46,367 nt of DNA from Andalucia godoyi And28 (Eukaryota > Protista > Jakobida). The stretch spans positions 74,489-120,855 of the forward strand of contig VRVR01000064.1 in the NCBI GenBank assembly GCA_009859145.1, in the 5' to 3' direction. Within the stretch, counting starts at the first letter, position 1, and each line of letters opens with the position of its first letter. Below are positions 19,660 to 28,720 of the stretch, one piece after another. The position numbers were made by a program, and so were the translations under genes. The notes below the pieces were generated by a model, which worked only from the letters and a program-made list of their open reading frames with translations, was not told where the DNA came from and ran no database searches.

Positions 19660-20763
19660 TTATGATCCGGGCTGCCATCTTCTTTTGGCCGCAGGGACAA
19701 GCAGTTGATGGTGATATGTGGCCCGCTCAGTCTTCCTGTGAACCCCTGCAGTTTGGACAGGCTTCTTGCTCTTGACAAAGAACGTGGGACTGTAAGCCTG
19801 GCACAGGAACTGCATGCCCGACAGTGACGAGTCTATTATTGCTTGTAGGTCTGCAAAGACAGAGACCCGAAAACGGCTTGGAACAACCTTTCCCATCGAC
19901 AGCAGAGAGTGCGACAAGATGCTGAACGGGCCAACAAGTCCTTCATACGTAACAATCCCGGTTTCATGGTCCTTGTCTGTGTAAACCATTCGATACGCCA
20001 AGAGACTTGAAGGCAAGATGGAGTGCTCCTCGACGAGGGACGTAATGTCATTTGCAGATGATCTTCCCGCACGAAGCAATGTATGGTGCATCACGTTTCC
20101 CTCAGCGTCCGTTAGCTCAAGTGAGCAGCACAAGACGCTGCGAAAGGAAAGGAGATGTTGCGGGGCACCATTGCATAAATTCGAAATGGGAAACGACACA
20201 GACACATGCAGCGAGTACACTGATGTCTTATACCATTCCAAGTCTGCAAAATCGATGGCAGAAGCAACCGGAGTTCTCTTGGCGAGAAGGTTTCTGTAAT
20301 AGTCAGCGGGACCACTCGGCTCTGTCCAGTTCCGAAAGGCCGTCTTGGAAGACCGCGACTGGATGCGGATGCAAGTGTTGTTGACTGTAGCGCATCGGAT
20401 AACCCAATCTTGCATGCGATCGGAGTACGCTTGACAGGCATTCGCGGAAGAAGAGGCCTGGTGCGACTGGATGTTTCCTTTCACACAAGGCATTCTCGGC
20501 AAACACGGAGTACTTTCCAAGACAGAATGTGCCGGAGAGGCTGCATCACAGCTTGTGGAGTAATCTGTAACTTCGCAGCTCTGTGGGTTTCTGATTGAAT
20601 CCGCAGTAAGTTGACCAAATGCAAAATCTACGAATTCCAAAAGATGAATGTCCAACATTAGATCGGGAAATGGTCTGCGAAACGGGGATTCTGTGCTCAG
20701 CGACTTGGTTAGTGCCTCCGAAATTACATTGTCCGCGAAAGGAACTGAATGTTCTTTGTCCAT
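19660..20763 (-). CDS. Hypothetical protein, 367 aa (low-complexity N-terminus, beta-rich C-terminal domain)
   Basis: Long uninterrupted ATG-initiated ORF filling the space between neighbours. No family recognised with confidence. Confidence 0.62.
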   Translation of the reverse strand: MDKEHSVPFADNVISEALTKSLSTESPFRRPFPDLMLDIHLLEFVDFAFGQLTADSIRNPQSCEVTDYSTSCDAASPAHSVLESTPCLPRMPCVKGNIQSHQASSSANACQAYSDRMQDWVIRCATVNNTCIRIQSRSSKTAFRNWTEPSGPADYYRNLLAKRTPVASAIDFADLEWYKTSVYSLHVSVSFPISNLCNGAPQHLLSFRSVLCCSLELTDAEGNVMHHTLLRAGRSSANDITSLVEEHSILPSSLLAYRMVYTDKDHETGIVTYEGLVGPFSILSHSLLSMGKVVPSRFRVSVFADLQAIIDSSLSGMQFLCQAYSPTFFVKSKKPVQTAGVHRKTERATYHHQLLVPAAKRRWQPGS

Positions 20764-22360
20764 GGATAAGGTAATTTGGAGAAATCTTGCGCGGAAGTGG
20801 CGAGAAAATAAACTTTTGCAAATGGAAGAGAAAGGAAAATCTAACCCGACAGAACGTTCCAGAAATCACCCTCGTTCAACCCTTCATGCAGTTTAACAGC
20901 TGACCATTCACTCTGATCATACGACGAGCAAAGGAGTCGGGACTTCGGACCCAAGAAAGCTGACCAGTCGTCAAGGGCTTCGAACGGACATGCTGAGGTT
21001 CTTTTAGCTGCTTGCTCCTCAACGAGTGCATCCAAGCAGACGGACAGAGTCTTTAGGGGATTCGAGTGTTCCGTCATGAAGCAAACGTGTGAGTGAACGG
21101 GCATTCCGGATTTGGAGTTGAGCATACCCACAAATGGAAAGTCCGAGAATCATCGCTTTTTCTTTAGCTCTGCAACTCGTCGAAGAAGAAACTTTGCGAC
21201 CTCTCCCATCGACCATCACTATCCCCAGCATTTTGAAATTTTCATGGAAGCCTGTCTTACAATGTCTGCAAAAGGACGATCAGTCCAGTCCAATGGAGCA
21301 TACTACAAAGTCTTTGAATATCCAGACAGTGAGCTGTAGCTCCTACAGACGATGCATTGGAGCGTCTGCTGAACTCATTGGCGTGCGTATACCCTAATGA
21401 CGTGATGATCATATTGGTCTCTTTTTATCGCCCAATTCGATCTCAATCTCACAATTCATCAGGACGAAGGACGACCAGTTGCCTGTAACGCGCTGGCATG
21501 TTCAAACAGATTGCACGTGCCGAATCATCCAGGGAAACAAGAGAAAGAATATCGCAACATCTGCAAGGAATACGAACATGAGCGGTCCACTGACCAAAGA
21601 CAAGATATGATAGTGTTCTTCGAAAACTGGCAAAGATGCAAACACCGCAAAGAACCACGCAAGCAGGAGCATGCAGGCGATGATAACTGCAGCAACGACT
21701 GTCATGACAGGAATGTAGCTCAGTGGATATTAACAACAATAATACAGGGTTAATGAATAAGCAAAAAAAGCAATGATAGCGTTTCCGTCGATCTTGGACC
21801 GAGTCTCGACAGATCCGAATCGGTTTACTTCTGTCCATTCTGACGGTACCGTGAATCTCTGGCATCAAGATCAGTGCACGAGCTCTGTTTCTTTGTCATT
21901 TGTTGAGTGGATGTCATTTTACACGGACTCCATCGTCATGGGTGTGCAGGTAAATGGGAAAGCTTTCGTTATTCAGGACGGTCATTTGAGATGGAATGAC
22001 ACTGTCAATGATAAGATACTGATAGAATCGACGCTGCTTCAGATCACAAGCCATTCTGACGTACCATGTGTTTTTTGGCAAAGGCGCGAGCTCGTTGAAC
22101 GATGAAGAAGCGCGCTTTCGATAGCTGCGCCACGTAATAAAATTGTGTCAGCGGAACGGTCTGGTGGAGCTCAATCCAGTTCGCAAGCGTTGATTGCGAA
22201 TTACAGGCCAAAGAGCCTTTTTTAGACACTTTGCACTTATTTTTGGCTCAAAAATTGCCGCAAAATCTGGGCTTACTCATCGCGAAATGAGCATCTCCAG
22301 AAGTGTCCTTCACAGTTTGATTTTGAATGAGACGGAGCGTATCTAGGAACTTTACAGGTT

Positions 22361-25300
22361 CTACTCGGCGGCAGGCGGAGGGTCTGCGGCAGCGACATCC
22401 TCAGCAATTCCCGAGTCTCTCTCCTGGAGTGGCGTACAATCAATGTTCGACTGTTCTTCACAATTCGAAGGGGCCGATTTTTCGTTCAAACCAGTGTCGG
22501 GCACCATTTCCGCCGCACTGATGTTGGTCTCTGGCTCGGAAATTCGCGACTCTTCACTGACGACGTTTTCTTTCTCTGGCGCCGCTTCCGTCTCCACGAT
22601 GACGGTAGAGACGTCAATGCTCGACGACATCTTGCATTCTGCAACATGCGATGATGATCCACACTCCGTGTCGTCTGTGCTCATGTCGAGCATGGGGATG
22701 GCGGGAGATAAAGGCAGAGCTGCAGACTTGCGCCGTTTCCAGAACCAGACTCTTCCGACAACTAGGGCGCCGAGAACTACCAGAGGTACCAAAACAATTG
22801 CAGCAATGTCTCCTGCAGATAGTGACCTCGATCCGCTTCCGTCAGACGATGGTGAAGAAGGGCTCCGGAGCGCATAAAAAACCGTCACAGTCGGCTGTGA
22901 TCCGGAGCTGCGGACAAAGTGTAGAGCAGGTGTAGGAGACAACGGCGTCGGATTGTACAGACCGACGTACACCGGCCCGCTCGCAAGGATCGACAGTGTT
23001 GCCGTTGTCGACTCGATGCGCTGCATGACTTCCCAGCTGGCCGAAGACGGCGAGGGGTTCGATGTCGACAGATATGCATCCACCGTGCCCCCGGTCACCG
23101 TGACAGTGATTTCGACGGTTCGTGCGCCGGCGGTTGCGAACGGTGGTGTGGACACGAACTTTGGCTGGCCGGGAGCAACAGCACCTACCAGCACCTCGGA
23201 ATTCTCGGCGACAACCTCTGTCTCTGACAGCGCAATCCAGGCACTGCCTGCCGCCGATCCACGCATGCACACGAAGCACTTTGCGTTTTGCACAAACCAC
23301 GCGCTTGCCGACGTGAGCGTTGTCACATTCAGCGCCAGGCTCAGCGACTCTCCTTTGGTGCTCGCAGTCGGCAGCGTTTCAAATGTGCTGACGTTGCACG
23401 AGGCAAACGATTCCACGGTCACTGCCTGGCGATTCCAGGTCGCATACACAGCGAGGGAGGCATTCGACGAGCTCAGCTGGTGCGATGCACACTGCCAATC
23501 TGCCGACAGCAGCGACAGTTCTGTGGGCAATAGTGCAGTCTCGGAAACATTGTAGACATTGCACCGGGGAGCTCTGTCCACGCTGGAGACTCCGCTGCTG
23601 CAGGTCGTGCAGTATGGTGATGCAGTTGGCGAGTACGTTCCTACTGGGCACGCATCGCAAGCCCCGCTTGCGTAGATGCCCGTGTAGGTTCCTGCAGGAC
23701 ACGGGCCGCATCCAGAGTTTCCGGATCCGGGAGCAAACCACCCCGGATAACACTGCACACAGCTTGCCGATCCGCTTGCGGGATACCATCCAGCAGCGCA
23801 GGGTGTGCAGACGCTGACGTTGTTCGCACCAACGACTGACGACGCCTGTCCAAAGGGACAGTAGTAGCAGGAAGGCTGGTCCGGCAGATTCTGCCAGGTG
23901 CCTGCTGCGCACTGTGCACAGGTCGTTGCGCTGACGCGGTACTGGCCGGGAGAGCATGTGCAAGCGCCGCAGGACGTCGATCCGACAGCGAGCGCGCACT
24001 GTCCGGTGCTGCAAGCTGTGCAGGTAGCGCTGCCCGCCGCCGACGAGAACGAGTTCACGGCACATGGAATGCACGATGTTGCATTCGTCGAGCCGTTGCT
24101 CGGATTGTAGGTACCTGCAGAGCACAGTGCGCACGACGTGGATCCCGCAGCGGTCGTGTAGCTTCCGGCAGAACAAGGTGCGCACACAGAGCTGGTTGCA
24201 GATCCAGTGGCGTTTCTCCATGTCCCGGCGGCACACAACGTGCATAAAGTTGAACCGTTGGCCGCTGCGAACGAGCCAGCAGGACATTGCAGGCACGATG
24301 CCGAGCTGATTCCGCCTGTGCGGTTGCTGTATGTCCCAGCAGCACAAAGCGTGCATGATGTCGAGCCATTCAATGCCGAAAACGAGCCAGCCGGACATGC
24401 AAGGCATGCAGATGCGCTCGACGTACCCCCAGTTGTGTTGCTGTATGTTCCGTACGGACATAAAACGCAAGCACTGGACCCGGCTGTTGAGTATGACCCA
24501 CTCGGGCAATCAAAGCACGAAGAAGCGCTCGTGGCACCAGTTGTGTTGCCAAACGATCCGGCGGCACATGCATGGCAAGATTCAACACTTGACGCACCCG
24601 TTACGTTCCCAAAAGAACCAGCAGGGCATGACTGGCATGAGCCGGATCCGCTCGCAGCGGAAAATGTTCCTACAGGGCACTGCGTGCATACTGAAGAATT
24701 GATTGCACCGGTGGCATTGCCAAATGTTCCCGCAGCACAGGGTGTGCATTGCGACAATCCAGCCGACGTTGCGTAACTACCTGCTGGACATGCAAAGCAA
24801 GCCGCAGAGCTGTTTGCAGCAGTGGTATTGCCAAACGTCCCCGCATCACAGAGTAAGCATTGTGATGATCCATTGGATGCAGTATAACTGCCTCCTGGAC
24901 ATGCGAAGCAAGACGATGAACTGTTTGCTGCAGTAGCATTGCCAAATGTGCCCGCAGCACAGGGTGTGCATTGCGACAATCCAGCCGACGTTGCATAACT
25001 ACCTGCTGGACATGCGAAGCAAGCCGATGAACTGTTTGCTGCAGTAGCATTGCCAAATGTGCCCGCAGCACAGGGTGTGCATTGCGACGATCCAGCTGAG
25101 GCTGCGTAACTACCTGCTGCACATGAGAAGCAAGACAAAGTGCTGTTACCCCCCGTCGTAGGGTTATATGTACCAGCAGGACACAATGTGCAATTAGGCG
25201 CTCCATAGGAAGCAGCGTATGTTCCTTCTGCGCACACATCGCAGCTTTGACCATTGAGGCCGGCAGCACCCGGAGAACATGCGATAGTCATCACTACTGC

Positions 25301-26371
25301 CCTCTGACCTAGTGCATTATCTACAAAAGCAACATACGGGACTCCAGAGCTGTCGAGCGCAAGGCTCGTGTCAACTGTTCCTGTACCTCCAGCAGAAAAT
25401 CTGGCTGATCCGACCGCCGTCCACACACTACCATTATACTTCATCACCGTTGTCTTGGAGCTTTCCCGAAAAGCAACATACGGGACTCCAAAGCTGTCAA
25501 ACACGAGATTCGTGCTATCTACGGCCCCGGCAGAAAATCCAGTCGATCCGACTGCCGTCCACACACTACCATTGTACATCATCACTGTTGCCTTGTTAGA
25601 ATTCGCTACATCCCGGAAAGCAATATACGGGACTCCAGAGCTATCAAGCGCAAGGCTTATGTCATATGCGGCTCCAGCAGAAATTCCGGCGGATCCGACT
25701 GCTGTCCACACTCCACTAGTGTACTTCATCACTGTTGCCTTGTAGGCATTTCCTGCATCTTGAAAAGCAACATATGGGACTCCAGAGCTATTGAGCGCAA
25801 GACTCGTGTAATCTGCAGTTCCAGCAGAAATTCCTGCGGAGCCGACAGTCGTCCACAATTCATTACTGTACTTCATCACTCTCGTTTTGCCTGAATTTGT
25901 TAAATCCCGAAAAGCAACGTACGGGACTCCAGAACTATCAAGCGCAAGACTGACGTACATAACGTCTCCAGCAGAAAATCCAGCCGACCCGACTGCCGTC
26001 CATACACTACCATTGTACTTCATTACTGTTGCCTTGTCAGAATTTCCTCCATCTTGAAAGGCAACGTACGGGACTCCAGAGCCATTGAGCGCAAGGCTAA
26101 TGAATCCAGCGGATCCAGCAGAAAAACCGGCCGATCCAACTGTCGTCCATATCCCACCGACGTATGCCCTCACTGTTGCCTTGAGTGAGTTCGCATTATC
26201 TCGGTAAGCAACATACGGGACTCCAGAACCATTGAGTACAAGATTTGTATCTGATACAACTGCACCTGAATTAATAACACCGTTTCCCACGCTTACCCAC
26301 GTATTGAACTGCTGCCCGTGAGTCAAACAAACTAACGTGCACAAGAGAACAACCCGCAGAACCAGTCTCAT
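22361..26371 (-). CDS. Type I membrane surface protein: signal peptide, 7 x about 49-aa beta-propeller-like repeats, long Cys-rich (GCC2_GCC3/ephrin-receptor-like) stalk, TM helix, acidic tail
   Basis: Signal MRLVLRVVLLCTLVCLTHG. Seven WTxVGSAGFSAG...SLALDSSGVPYVAF.D...KATVMKY repeats. Many CxxCPAGxY/F units. TM IAAIVLVPLVVLGALVVGRVWFW followed by KRRK. 1336 aa. Confidence 0.92.
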   Translation of the reverse strand: MRLVLRVVLLCTLVCLTHGQQFNTWVSVGNGVINSGAVVSDTNLVLNGSGVPYVAYRDNANSLKATVRAYVGGIWTTVGSAGFSAGSAGFISLALNGSGVPYVAFQDGGNSDKATVMKYNGSVWTAVGSAGFSAGDVMYVSLALDSSGVPYVAFRDLTNSGKTRVMKYSNELWTTVGSAGISAGTADYTSLALNSSGVPYVAFQDAGNAYKATVMKYTSGVWTAVGSAGISAGAAYDISLALDSSGVPYIAFRDVANSNKATVMMYNGSVWTAVGSTGFSAGAVDSTNLVFDSFGVPYVAFRESSKTTVMKYNGSVWTAVGSARFSAGGTGTVDTSLALDSSGVPYVAFVDNALGQRAVVMTIACSPGAAGLNGQSCDVCAEGTYAASYGAPNCTLCPAGTYNPTTGGNSTLSCFSCAAGSYAASAGSSQCTPCAAGTFGNATAANSSSACFACPAGSYATSAGLSQCTPCAAGTFGNATAANSSSSCFACPGGSYTASNGSSQCLLCDAGTFGNTTAANSSAACFACPAGSYATSAGLSQCTPCAAGTFGNATGAINSSVCTQCPVGTFSAASGSGSCQSCPAGSFGNVTGASSVESCHACAAGSFGNTTGATSASSCFDCPSGSYSTAGSSACVLCPYGTYSNTTGGTSSASACLACPAGSFSALNGSTSCTLCAAGTYSNRTGGISSASCLQCPAGSFAAANGSTLCTLCAAGTWRNATGSATSSVCAPCSAGSYTTAAGSTSCALCSAGTYNPSNGSTNATSCIPCAVNSFSSAAGSATCTACSTGQCALAVGSTSCGACTCSPGQYRVSATTCAQCAAGTWQNLPDQPSCYYCPFGQASSVVGANNVSVCTPCAAGWYPASGSASCVQCYPGWFAPGSGNSGCGPCPAGTYTGIYASGACDACPVGTYSPTASPYCTTCSSGVSSVDRAPRCNVYNVSETALLPTELSLLSADWQCASHQLSSSNASLAVYATWNRQAVTVESFASCNVSTFETLPTASTKGESLSLALNVTTLTSASAWFVQNAKCFVCMRGSAAGSAWIALSETEVVAENSEVLVGAVAPGQPKFVSTPPFATAGARTVEITVTVTGGTVDAYLSTSNPSPSSASWEVMQRIESTTATLSILASGPVYVGLYNPTPLSPTPALHFVRSSGSQPTVTVFYALRSPSSPSSDGSGSRSLSAGDIAAIVLVPLVVLGALVVGRVWFWKRRKSAALPLSPAIPMLDMSTDDTECGSSSHVAECKMSSSIDVSTVIVETEAAPEKENVVSEESRISEPETNISAAEMVPDTGLNEKSAPSNCEEQSNIDCTPLQERDSGIAEDVAAADPPPAAE
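23555..25277 (-). repeat. Intragenic Cys-rich tandem array (111-bp / 37-aa period), with near-identical units at about 24700-25130
   Basis: CGCAGCACAGGGTGTGCATTGCGAC recurs at 24731, 24953 and 25064 (offsets 222 and 111 bp). Protein unit CPAGSYATSAGLSQCTPCAAGTFGNATAANSSSACFA. Confidence 0.9.
25277..26299 (-). repeat. Seven tandem about 147-bp coding repeats (predicted 7-bladed beta-propeller)
   Basis: Repeat-initial Trp at codons 25, 75, 124, 173, 222, 271 and 317. ACGGGACTCCAGAGC-like DNA recurs once per unit. Confidence 0.9.
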
Positions 26372-26566
26372 TTTCTTCGTTTACTTAAGAACAGTTCGAT
26401 GAAAAAGAAGAAAGAAAAAGAAGGAAAAGCGGCTCTTGTTGCAACCCAGGAATTGCCATTATGCTGGTTGCCATCCTTTTCCGCGATTCAGAGGTTTCCT
26501 CCGCGACATGCAAGCAGATCGATCCAGCTGTTCGTTACTCATCTATCCTGTTGAGACCCGAGCACA

Positions 26567-27163
26567 TCATTTGCCGTCGATGGATCCGCTGCCGCTCGCT
26601 CCAACTCCGAAAGTATTCCGTTTTTGGATATCCGCTTCAAAGCAAGCCGCACAATTGTCACGTATCAGCATCCATTGTATTTCGTCTGCTGATGCTGGAC
26701 TGGTTTCCGTCACGTAACAGGATGGTAGATGTTTCATCGGAACAACAACAGATGAACGAAGCAAAAGTAACGACCACTGCAGCAGACACCGTCGATCAAC
26801 CAAGCTGTCGCCACAGATTTGCCATCGGACGACGTGGACAAAGATGATCGCATTTCCATCCCACTGCAATCTTCCGACCGTTGAGAAAGTGGCCTGGATC
26901 AGCAAAGAATGACTTCCATATATGCAGTTACCTGAAAAGGACGGTGATGACGGAAGACACAGCTCTCGCCTGCATCTGAACAACAACGCATCCGTCTTCT
27001 TGTCGATTAGATTGCTTGCTGTTGCTCCAACACATTCTCGCTCCCAGCCGTTCCCAACAACATGGATCTGCAAACCGTCTGAATGCCAAATCCACGAAAC
27101 CATTTCACGATCACGGACATAGAGATGGAATCTCAACGTTGTCCACATTCTTGAGGTGCACAA
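26567..27163 (-). CDS. Possible hypothetical protein or degraded gene
   Basis: 198-codon ORF in otherwise unexplained space. No recognisable motif. Confidence 0.3.
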   Translation of the reverse strand: MCTSRMWTTLRFHLYVRDREMVSWIWHSDGLQIHVVGNGWERECVGATASNLIDKKTDALLFRCRRELCLPSSPSFSGNCIYGSHSLLIQATFSTVGRLQWDGNAIIFVHVVRWQICGDSLVDRRCLLQWSLLLLRSSVVVPMKHLPSCYVTETSPASADEIQWMLIRDNCAACFEADIQKRNTFGVGASGSGSIDGK

Positions 27164-27462
27164 TCTTCTAGCTACTTTGACCTCTGCTCTGAAGACAAAA
27201 AACGGAAAAGTTGTGCGTTAAAAGGCGATTGCTGTTTACTGCAAGAGAGCTTCCGAAGTTGATCCGGTTTGCTTGATCAAACGCACCGCGCCTGAACAAT
27301 CTCAGTTTGAACGTGCCCTCCGTCTCGAATGTCTGGTGCTTCTTGTCTTTTTGCAGGTGGCCTTCCAGATGGATAGCATGGCGTTTATGACAAACGTAAT
27401 ACTGTGGAAGTATGTCGAGGCTCTCTTAGACCAAATACCCAGTGCGGCAGATTTCCAAGCAG

Positions 27463-28497
27463 CTATTGCGCCGGGAGTTCAGCGAACTGACGACCACGCA
27501 CAGCTGCACAGAACTCACGTATTCGAACTGTCATCGCATTGTCCGCACTGCACCGCTCTTCCAAATCAAAAAGCGTTAGCGCCGCGTCCCTCAGCTGCTG
27601 GAAAAACAAGCGAAGAGGCCCAAGGCCGTTCAAAACAGGCGTGTCAAGCGAGACATCCAGGAGATGAGCGATGATTTCTCTTCGAATCTTAAACAGGTCG
27701 TCCTTCGTTCGTACGCGGGTGTGTGAGTCCTGTTGCAGATTCTTCTTCTCATCAAGAACGATGGCCATTGGCGGCAGCCACGAGATCACGTCACCAAATG
27801 CAATGTACATTGTCGTCAGAATGACTTGTTGAAAGCAGATCTGTAATCGCTCGCCATCGGACAGATCGGCCAACGACGCCACTGCATCCAGCCAATCGGG
27901 CGAGAACGCAGAATGGTAGTGGAACTCGTCGTCTCTCTTTTGCATGAATGATGCACCGCCCCAGTTGATCAAGCATACAGGAAACATAAAATCATTGAGA
28001 GGTTCCGTCAGAAGCACGATGTTCTGCGGACAAATATCTATGTGGTGGATGCCATTCTCGTGGCAATTCGACACGATGGATGTCAGCTGAAGAAGGAGCT
28101 CGGTGCAGTAAAGCATCGCATGCTCAGAAAAGCACGATGCAAGTGGCAAAGGGTTGCCCACGGGAGTCGTGCAGAGAACACCACCGCGCTCGGACTGTCC
28201 AGAAACCACAAGGGACGGCACCCAGTACTTGTGAGCGTCCCAGTCGATTCTCGAAATTTCGAGCAGCACACTTCGCTCCGTTTCCATATCACCCAGCTTC
28301 GAAGGTGGAAAGCTCTTCACGACAACTGGCGTCGTTTGATCCACCACACCCGTCGCAACCTCGACTGCATCCGGCTCTCCCACTCCATGTACAGTGCACG
28401 CAAACCCTCCTGAGTCCAGTGCAACGGAACTGGTTTACAGCAGATCATAGTCCCAGCCGCTGCGAATCTGCAGAATGCGCAGATGCAGGAACACAGT
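27463..28497 (-). pseudogene. 5'-truncated, decayed kinase half of the coiled-coil/nuclease/kinase family (paralog of 36615-38597)
   Basis: HHIDICPQN...LINWGGASF...FSPDWLDAVASL closely matches HHMDICPQN...LIDWGGASF...FSPDWLDAVASL. Upstream in the same frame, VFLHLRILQIRSGWDYDLL*TSSVALDSGG matches VFICLRIFDSESGWNYELLETAPIALDDGG, with TAA at 28437-28435 and an internal deletion of roughly 45 codons. The DFG-position Asp is replaced by Asn. The track start (28383) is a GTG. Confidence 0.85.
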
Positions 28498-28720
28498 TTT
28501 CAGCGTCTATCGGATTCTGAATCCAAAATGACATCAATAAGCACAGTAACTGGTGTCATGACTGATGTATGAATTTTACTGAAACAAAACAGCTCGTCCA
28601 CGGACGAAACGCAGTTGCAAGATGTTTCCCTGCTGTTCCCATTTGTGCACTACGCTGACCAGAAAATTCAATTTAAAAAAATTGATAGCATTTCATTTTG
28701 TGATTTCTTTCATTAGCTCA

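Noticed and set aside
21449-22105. Hydrophobic fragment (21502-21705, -) and WD40-like SVHSDGTVNLWH (21773-22105, +)
   Set aside because: Short, mutually overlapping pieces with single weak motifs. They may be relics but cannot be supported as features.
19375-28560. Idea that the 18740 (+) 5' half and the 27463-28497 (-) 3' half are one gene split by a 9-kb inversion
   Set aside because: The halves are complementary, but the 18740 copy appears to retain its own C-terminal remnant at 19511-19603 and the 27463 copy has its own C-terminus, so two separate paralogs fit better.
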